Shown here in pieces: positions 28,567-39,780 of a stretch of 64,000 nt of DNA (position 1 is its first letter; each line of letters starts with the position of its first letter). The translations under genes were made by a program, and so were the position numbers. The notes under the pieces were generated by a model. That model was not told the origin of the DNA. It saw nothing but the letters and a program-made list of their open reading frames with translations, and did not search any database. This DNA is from Chrysomallon squamiferum (taxonomy: Eukaryota; Animalia; Mollusca). The stretch is taken from positions 10,974,001 through 11,038,000 of the forward strand of contig CM022673.1 in the NCBI GenBank assembly GCA_012295275.1. Reading direction: 5' to 3'.

Positions 28567-31500
28567 AAAAAAAAAAAAAAAAAAAATAAATAAATAAATA
28601 AATAACTATTTAAAAAAGAAATAATAATAATAACTGATGAAGACTTCTAATTAATAATAATAATAGTAACAATAATAATAATAGTAATAATAATAATAAT
28701 GTAACAGTTTACACATCAACTATCTTTATACAGAAATATTTTATCTATCATTCTGTACTCTGTACCTTGAACTAACACAATCAGGACTAATAAAAAGATT
28801 TTACTAAAATTAAAACAAACAAATAAATAAAACTTAACAATAACAACAACAATAAAATAAAAACAGTCTCTATGGCTAAAGCAATGATTCAGGAATTATG
28901 AACTTTTATGAAAATGTAGAACCAAAGCTTCCAATAATGTTGTTTTTTTTTTTTTTTTTTTGTTTTTTTTTTTTTTTTTTAATTAATTTAACTCCAAGAT
29001 AGAATTTATAACCATCATCATCATTAATTAACATTATTGTCATTTAAAATAAATTTTATAATCAAAGAAAGACAACATTTATAATAAAATGGGTTTTTTT
29101 GTTTTTTTTTCAGAATTTTTCTCTTTCCCAAAATATTACCCAGAGTGTGAAACATTATCAGGATGCATAGCTCAGACTTGACTGAGTTCATACACACAAG
29201 AATGTTATTGGCAAAGCATATTGATGCTAAATTAAGAAGAAGGGTGTATGTATCAGTAACAATGTGAGATTCTATCAGAGGCCTGTGTACATTAAAAAAA
29301 CTGATAAAATCGAGATCTTTTAAATACTTTAAATACACACTGCAGTTTGAATTACCAATAAATACAGTAAATATATACTGTAACATGAATTACTGATATC
29401 ATTAAATATTTTAAAATGTATATTGCAGTTTGAATCACCAATATCATTAAATATTTTTAATATCATTGAATTTCATTAAATATTTGTAATATCATTGAAT
29501 TTCATTAAATATTTTAAATATATAACCAAAATTCATTAAATACTTTAAACATATATACTGGAGTTTGAATTATCAAATTCAGTGAGAAAATTAGGTATGT
29601 ACATTGGAGATTAAATTACCAATATCAGTAATTGTTTTAAATATCTATTGCAGTTTGAATTACCAGTATCATTAATGATCAAGTATTTTAAATATATACT
29701 GGTGTTTGAATTACCAGTATTACCATTTCTTTTATTCTTGTTTCAATTTAGTTCTATTTCTTTTTTTTCTTACTTTTTTTTTCATCAAAAGCTGTGGTAA
29801 GAAACATTTTATGTACATTTAACAGCTGGTTATTTTATAGTGTTCTATGAATCATGAATGATGCATGCTATTGTCATAAAAAGTAACATAAAAATAAACA
29901 GGTGTAAAAACTATTACTGCTGATTTACGACTCTGAAACCATCAATAAAATAATTCCAAGCCATATATATAAAGCCAGGCTCACACAGAATTTATGGCAA
30001 CAGTCAACAAAGTGTTTTTAATGCAACTGTTTTGCAAAGAAAACAGGTTAAAAAGAAATACGGAGGGCAGATACTAACTTCTGGGTAAACCAATGGTGGT
30101 AGTGTTTCTATGGCTGCTTATCCAAGATGGTAATAGCTACTGATGATCACCTAAGATATTGAAATACAGGTGTGAACACCTAAGATAGTAAAATGTAAGG
30201 GTGTGATCACCTAGGTTACAAATACCTTAGTTCCAAAGAATGGGTACATCATCACACTGACAAAATATATAGAGAATCATGTGAATATCTGGCAATACTG
30301 AATAATGTATGTAGCTTGTTCACAATAACATCTACAGAACTGAACTGGTGAGGGATAAAAACTAATTAGCAAAAATAAATGAATGATGCATGGTAAGTAC
30401 ATATGCTTATTAAAGCAAATAGTTCATATATATACATGTGTTTACAAGACACATGCATGTATATTTACTTAGTTCAATTTCACATAACCAACACACACAC
30501 ACACAGATTAACACACAAGCTACTTATACCAATACTTCTGTATAAAAATTAACTTTAACATACCAAAATACCCGCACTAATTCTCAGCAATACTGACACA
30601 AATCCTAAAATAGGAAAACCACACAACAAAGGCACTTGACCATTCCTGCATACCACCAACTATAAACAAGACAATGAATAAATCACCATATCTGAAACAA
30701 CACCTCCACAAAACACTGTACTGAATTTCTTTCTTCTTTTTTTTTTACATTAGTCAAAATCGTTTTTCACCCTCTCTGTTTGTAATCCATCCTGTGTCCT
30801 TCCTTCCTTCCTTCCAACCACTGTCTCTCCTTACCTGTGTGTGTTGTTTCTTTTTTTCTTTTTTCTTTATCCCAGATTATTTCAAAACAGTTCAGAAAAT
30901 GATGTTCAGAAGCACCCACAGAGCGAAAGCCATCCAGAATTAAACAGCTCAGTTAATCCATTATCCAGGCACTGACAGCAAGCAGTGAAGTGGAAAACAC
31001 TGACAGCTCTGTTCCTCTCTCTCCACACACACACACATACACAGAGAAAAAAACCCACAAAAAACCCACAAAAAAAAACAGGTGCCAAGAACCTTTAACA
31101 GTATTTATATATATATGTATGTGTGTGTGTGTTGATATCTATAGATATATATAGATATATCAACAGTGAGAAAGCCAAATGTCTGCTTTACTGCAAGGAA
31201 TTCCTGTCGGTTATCTAGCAAGGAAGAAACTGCCAATCTGTTATGTTTGTAATACAGATGTGTGTGCAACAGGTATATATCACGTAGGCTAGAGGTAATG
31301 TTTTTCCTCATCATACAGCATATTACGAAGAAGCTGTTTGTGTATTTTTATAAATATGTATATATATATATATATATATATATTTTCTTTCTAATATTAT
31401 AAAATAATACATCAGTAAGTTTATACTAATTATATGTGTGTGTTTGTGTATATATATCTATGTAGATGTGCATACATTTATGGCAATGATGGTTCAGTGA

Positions 31501-33305
31501 GTACATAGTGTCTATTTAAAAAAAGTAAGTACATCATACACAGTACCAAACACAAGAGTATGAAAACAAAGTTTGTAATTACATACACAATGCCAAGAAC
31601 AAGGGTAAAAGAAGCAAATGGAATGTATGGGAGTGTAGTATGTACAAAGACAAATACAGCATATTAAATAGAGCCCCGAACAATGACTCAAGGGATTAAC
31701 GTCAGTATGTTGACTCTCGAGCTAGTAATGAAAAATATCATTAATTCATTCAGCCAAAGTATTTATAATTTTGAGATCACTGACAGTAAAGGCTACGTAT
31801 ATACTTAACAACAACATAAATTGTTCAGTTTCTAATGCTAAAGGAGTCTTTGATGGACTTTTCTGAACCCAGATTAAAGAAGATAATCAAAATTTACCAA
31901 TGATTACTGGTATTTAACTAGGAATATTTCTGCAAGCAAAACAAGCTATGGAGATGAAACTGGGAATAAAATTATAGTTGGAATCTCAATAATTCAAAAT
32001 GTCATTAAATCCCTCATTTGATGTGTTTGGTCCTGAATGTACAAACTAGTAAAAGACCAAATTTGAAAAATAATTTTTTTCCTTCCTGAAATATTATATC
32101 TATATTAACAGGCTGTGATTTGATAGCATATTATACTGGTACAAAACATCACACACACACAAACAAACACATACACATGCAAACAAACACACACACATGC
32201 ACACACACACACACACACACAGATATGTATACATGTATACATACACTAACAAAACACATACACAGACACAAGCACACATATTTATACAATATAACACACA
32301 CACACACAACAAAATTCACACAACTATAAAGATGTAAGAAACTGGCAAAATCTGTGGGTCTCAGTAGCAGGTGCTGAACCGTGTAAATAAATATCAGTTT
32401 ACAGTTACTAATGGTCATGTTAGATAACAAACTTATTCATCTCTGTGCTTTACGGCATAAACCTGGAGATAATAGAAACTTGCAAACATTAAAGTGGGCA
32501 ACTCGTAAACAGATAACAAAATGACACGGGCAGATTTTGGGGTGGGGTTATACTAGTTGTATGAAAACTCCTCTACAAGGCTAAAACAAATTTAAAAAAT
32601 AATTTAAAAAAATAAAAATTAGCTTTTAAAAGTTGTTTGGTGGCAAGCACCTGTGAAGAAGTTTCCTAACAGCCTTCATAAACAAACACTGTAAAATTTA
32701 CAAATTAAAATTATAAACATTTAAATATTGTTTAGGAAACTCCCACCTTATCTAAAACATCTTCTGCCCCTGAATGGGAGTGGGGTAACAGTACAATGGA
32801 TGGCATCTGAGGAAAGAATTCAACAGGACAGACAGATAACAACACAGGGTAGGGTAAAAAGTACATCCCAAATTATAATGATAAAAGGATAGGACAGAAT
32901 ATATGCGTGAAGAGGATGGCTCTCAATGAAGATTACAAGGTTTTAAACAGAACATCAAAGTGGGGGATGTTAAATGTGGGGTGGGGGACTGAAACGTTCA
33001 CAAGGCTAGTTTGATCCAACCCATTATTAGTTTAATTAAATTATCTGGCTGCCTAAATGTGGAATTAAATGATACTGTGGTTTGATCTCCATGTAATTTA
33101 TTTCAGGTGTTCGTTTCAGGAGCGTTATGTAAACTTAATGTCTGTGTTATCATTCAACCCTTGAAATCATTATATTGTTAATGCAGCTGAAAGCTTTTAA
33201 AAGAAATATTTAATAATTCAGTAAACTGTTTGCAAAAAATAAAATGTGAATTTAAAATCATATGAAATTTTTACAGTAATGAACAGTAACAGAAGATATT
33301 GTTAA

Positions 33306-33340
<35 letters not shown>

Positions 33341-36303
33341 TGCATTATTTACATTTCTTAATTTGTTTATCTACAGAATTCCATTTATCTCTGAATTTTT
33401 AAATTATTTATGCATATCGTGATTTATTACATAACTAAAATAGAAAAAGAGTAAATAAACATAGCAAAAAAAAAAACCTTTAAAAATTAAATCCTCATTA
33501 ATAAACTAAAGTAACCATAATAAATTTTATTTATTTTAAAGCATTTAATGACATATATTAATAAATTTAAATTTATATTTTTTTTAAATGAACAAATGAT
33601 AAACAAAAATAGCTGAGAATATTTTTAAAATTTCATATTTATTTATCTAAGTTATGCAAATAAAAAATAATTTAAAATATCATAATAAAAATTTAAATAA
33701 AATAAAAACAAAAATGTTTAACATTTTTGATATACAAGTGCATGATGTAAATACATTTTAAAACCTACATTAATATTTATGATTTTATATAGACTAATAT
33801 ATAAGAATGTGTATCAATAGCAGTTAATTTAACCTGGTTTTTCTGAGTGTACTGTGACAGTACATATGTTTGTATGTGTGTGATTCAGATACTTAAATCT
33901 ACAGGAGTGTAACATGAACTGGAAATAACAAACCATAAAAATACTGTGGGAAAACAAAGCTTGAAAACAAAACAAATAAAAATTAAAATTAATTACAAAT
34001 ATACAAAACAAAACAAAATAAACAAAAAAAATAATAATAATAAAAAATAAAACAAAGAAACTATAAAAATAAACAAAATAAATAAATAAATAATTAACTA
34101 GATAAATAAATAAATAGATAAAATAACAATTTCTCAAAAAATCTCATAAAAAAATAAACATAAAAACACACTATAAAAATTAACATATAGTTGTTAGAAA
34201 TAATAACGTAACATGGTTTCTGTTAGAAAAAATAGATAAAATGATTTCTGTTAATTATGAAAACAAATACTATGTTCATATCTTTATTAGAAATAATATT
34301 GTGACACATTTTGTTTGTTAAGTAAATACCATTATGGCATGTTTTCTGTTAGTCATGAAAGTAGGTATACAAAATTCATCTATGGTAAAAATAAGCAAGA
34401 ATACAAAACTCAGATTAGAAATAGTAATTTATTTCTTGGTCTCTGTTACTTATGTAAGTAAGTATACAAAACTCACATCTGTGTTAAAAACAAGTATACA
34501 AATCTCACTTGTATATTACAAATAAGTATATAAAACTCATATTAGAAATAAATAAGTACACAAAAACTAAAGTTAGAAATAAGTTAAGAACACAAAACTC
34601 ACATGATAAAAATAATACTGTGACAAGGTCTGTTTAGAAAATTATTATACAAAACTCACATTAGAGATAATAGAACAACAAGGCCTGTTATGAAAATAGT
34701 AATACAAAACTCACATTAGAAATAATACTAAGATAAGACCTGTTATGAAAATTCTTACACAAAACTCACATTAGAGATAATACTATGACAAGGCCTGTTA
34801 TGAAAATTCTTACACAAAACTCACATTAGAGATAATACTATGACAAGGCCTGTTACGAAGATTATTATACAAAACTCACGTGGATCTGTACAGTGAATAA
34901 GAGTATGACAGCAGCACAAACTCTGCATATGGCAGCCACAAGTTCTTCTCAAGGAAACTAAACTCTTCCCTTATCAGCTTTCCTTTAGCTATCACTATGT
35001 CAGCAAATCTAAACACAGATTTTTTTCTTAATGCCTTGCTATCTCCATCACCATAAAGGTTTAGCACCGTCAAGCTGTGTCAGTTTTTAACATTTCTGAT
35101 AAAACAAACTGTTTGCATATTATTAATCATACATGATGTAGATAGGCTGCAATTCACAAGGAGGCAAGGGAGGTGCTGGGTTTGGTTTAAAGTGGGTGTT
35201 AGTTAACAGCAACTATGTCCATACATAAAGAGTGGAAAAAATATTTAAAAAAAAAAAAGAAACAAAGAAGAAGAAATGTAAGTTTACACAAATTACAGAA
35301 CATGAAAGAATGAGCAGCTGAATGGACAGATGGATGAATGAATGTTAAATGAATGACAGAATGCTGATTTAACAAAATTTCATTATTATTATTATTATTA
35401 TTATTATTGGTCACACATTCTGATATACCAGTTACAGATTTTGTTGTGCAAACAGGGGTTAGAGGAAATCTAATCCTGCCAAATTAGACTGTTCTAATCT
35501 AGTAAGGGAGATTATTTTATTTTCCACAAAAAAACCCACTGCAGCACATGCCACAACTTTTAATACACCAGTGATGAAATAATGACTAGAACTGAGAAGT
35601 AATTCAATGGACAGAGTGAGTAGGATTGCTCCTGCATCCTCTTCCTGCTGTAACGTAGGTGAACATATCACCTTAGATTTACATTCTTAATGAATAAATA
35701 ATACTCAATGAATATTTACAAGATCCCAACAATATGCACACACATACCATACATTTATTGTTATGAAATAAAGCCAAGTTAAAGAATAAACAGAAATATT
35801 AACAAAACTTGAATGTTTAAACAAAAAATCAGTAACCTAAAGTCATGCCAACTGGTACATCACCAAACTTATTGATGCAAGCACACCCTGTTCCATCCCT
35901 TTATTTATTCATCCAGATATAAAATTTCAAAGTCTAGAATATATTTTTTTACCTGACACAAGTAAAATGATTTGTATATAAGAAAGCTATCAGCTGGTAA
36001 CAGGAGAAGTCTAGATCATGTATGCTGCTGCTTGATGTAATGTACAAACGATATCATACAGAGATAATAATTCTTTCAGAGTGCAGGAAGCTTGGAGATA
36101 TGGGAAGAAACAGTCAAGTTAGAGATACAAAACAGAAGGAACGACAAATCATAAAATCAGCTGTACGAATATGGCTAATTCAACACTGCTTAATTTGTGA
36201 ATTGCACTGAACTTTAATTTTATATAATCAGTTCTAGGCAATATCATATTGTATATATACTGATACACTGATCTGTAATGTAGACATAATATATTTTTTG
36301 TAA

Positions 36304-36350
<47 letters not shown>

Positions 36351-38124
36351 TAAATCCAGATTTTCTAAAGAGTATTAGAAATAGCACAGATATTAATATT
36401 AACAATGTAGAATAGTATAATAGAACTAAATTTACTTTAAACTCACAGTCATTGACTTGTTTTGCTGTGGTCACATAATGGGTACTGGAATTGTTACATA
36501 CATATATTGTCTGGACACATACATATGTATTTGACTAGATTCTATATTTATATTTATACTGCAGCAAGTTTCTGTAGAGATTAAACTGTTTTATATTCAG
36601 TGGGGAGCTAAGTTTTTAACATGTACAGGCTAACATTTCATCATTTTATATAAGAGCATCTGTGGTTTTCCACATCTGCAGGGACTTCTAGAATCATATA
36701 TCAACAGATAAAGCTGGCAAACTGTATACAAGTTTCTTATAGTACATTATAATACTATATTATCCATCAGACACTATTTGATAAAAGCAGGTATATACTA
36801 CAGCTTATGAATTATAGTCAGTATCAGCTGTCATTATGTAATATATAAGCATCTAAAATTAGAATTTTATTATTATTCAGATGTAATAAATGCTACATAA
36901 ATTATATTCATTTGAACATGTATGCATTGTATACTATTTACACAAGCCATTATATATAACTTATACATTAGGTCTTCAGTATCGTCAAACAATACAGACA
37001 CTTGTAATTTGAATTTAATGTATTTACATAGTAGACAGTTATTTGTTAGTCATTATTAAGAGATCAGATATTGTTATTTACATATTAGACATTATTTAGA
37101 GAATATATCATATATCTTGTTATTCATGCATTAGACATTAATTATTTATTTATATACTAGACCCATATGTAGCCATCAGACATTATTAATTACATATTAG
37201 ACATTATTATTTACTTATTATTATTTACAGAATATATACATTATTTACAAATTAGACATTCATATTTACATACTAAACACTGTTATTTAGACATCAGACA
37301 TTATTAATTACAATTTAGACATTATTATTTGCACACAAAACATTCTTTTTTACATTTTAGATCATTACCATTTTCAGCATTAAACTTTATAAATTATTTA
37401 TAATTACAAACAGGGGAAATAAAACCAAAAAAAACCCCCACATATTTAATTGTTTACATACACATTTACCATTATCATGCACACATCAGATCATTCTGTG
37501 TTATTCATAAATACTAATGGGACAAAACACATTGATCTGTTTAACCATCGTCCTGTATTTATTAGACATTCTATGCATTCCTGGTTATCCATTAGAAAAA
37601 ACAAAACATTTCCCCACAGGTCACAGCGACCCATTATGTTTAAAAATCTCCTGAGATAGGGAACAGACAAGATTCCTTGTATTATATTCCAAATGGAAAA
37701 GGTGAGCATTCACTACATATTACCTGTAACTATGGAACTGAAATGTTTGCCACATGTCTACAAGAAAACATAACACAGGCACTTCATATGAAGGTAATAG
37801 ACAAAATAAAATGTCAGGTAAAAGATAAAAACAAATTCTTTAAATAAGTAAACAACTTTTAGATTAAATTTAATCTATGATGTTTGATCTTGTAAGAACA
37901 TATAAACAAAACAAAACAAAAACCATGTAGTTTGTCTTACAATGAAAGTAGAAAAATTAAAAGAAACATGAAAACAAATAAAAATAATAATATATAATAA
38001 AAAATTAAAATAAATAATAATTCATTTCAAAGACAGTTTTAAAATAAGAAGAAACAACAACAAAAACTAGTAACATTTTAAAGCAAAATGTTTGTTTCAG
38101 TTGTAAAATGCCTTTTATTTAAAC

Positions 38125-38163
<39 letters not shown>

Positions 38164-38831
38164 TATCATTCAATAAATTATAGGATATTTTTCATTGTAA
38201 TTTATATAAAATGCATGCTCTAGTGCAATCCAATGGCCATAAAATTTCTTTTAATAATCAATGAACTTGAAATGTAGGTTAATTTGTTTGAACAGAATAA
38301 CCTTTTTCAACAGGCAGATACACAGAATATATTTTTTTATTACAACTTACAAAAAATAGTTTTTAAAAGAACTACAGACTGAATATAATAACACAGATGG
38401 ATGGTTTTCTGGCCTAATCTGTGATGAAGGTATTGCTAAATAACAATGAAAGCAACCAAATAAAAAACTAGAAATCTTATTTTAATCATGATCAATATGG
38501 AGAACCAAAAAAAAAAAAAAAAAAATTAAAAAAAATTAAAAAATCCAAATAAAAACATCAAAAATAATGATTCCTAATAATAGTAAAAATAAAAATAATA
38601 ATAATGTAAAACAAATCAATAAAAAAAATCATAATAAAAAAAAAAAAAAATCATCAAAAATCAACAAAAGGAACCCTCTATACTATTATGACTTACATAC
38701 AGAAAATGTTTTCTTTGAACAGCTAAAAATGTAAACAAATCATACACAGGTACTCAGAAATGGGAGCAAGAAAACATTTTTATTTTTATTATTATTATTA
38801 TCTTTCTTTTATAACAAGGCCACTGGTAAAA

Positions 38832-38910
<79 letters not shown>

Positions 38911-39718
38911 CATGGATATAACTATTTAAACTGTTTTGTTTTACATCAACAGTCATATCCCAAAACAAAACAAGAATAAGAGATTCACACAAGAAGACTA
39001 TCCTGAAGGATAAAACATGTATACAGAAAACAAATCTTGTTTTTCTTCTCACACCATACTTCTTCTTCATCTCTCTCTCTCTCTTTTTTCTCTTTTCTTT
39101 TTCCTATGATGTCTGTTTTGATGTTAGGCTTCCAGCCACTGTGTGGGCAGTTCCTGTGAAAGTTGACACTACTGTTTTTTGAACTGTGAGATAGGGAGGC
39201 CACAAATTTGTTATCTTTATTTCAGTGATACACTCACCCCTTTTCCCATGAACATCAATCCTATATATATTAAAAAAAATAGCATCTGACTCACTGCCAA
39301 ATAGAGGCAATACAGCATTTTCCTTTACTGAATTCCCAACAAACCATGGGGATATCACATTTCACCAATCCCATTGTCAAAACGGGAGAAAACTTTCACA
39401 ACAAAAACATACACTTAAAAAATACAACAGTTTCTCAGACACGGTGATAATGATGTCCACAGCTATGATAACTGGGACTAAAGAATCGTTTACAATTAGG
39501 AAGCGTGGATGGTCTACTGAGTCTGAACACTTACTACACTGATCCATGGGTACACTGTGGTGGGTTATGGCTCAGTGATAAGGGCAAAAGACAGGAAAAG
39601 TGATAAGTTGCAGAATTAATTATCCTCAGTATGCCCACTCAGCAATTTCACAATCAAGCTGGAGCTCCAACACTAGTTTATTACATCTTCTGAAATGTTC
39701 TTTCATGTCCATGAAAAG

Positions 39719-39780
<62 letters not shown>

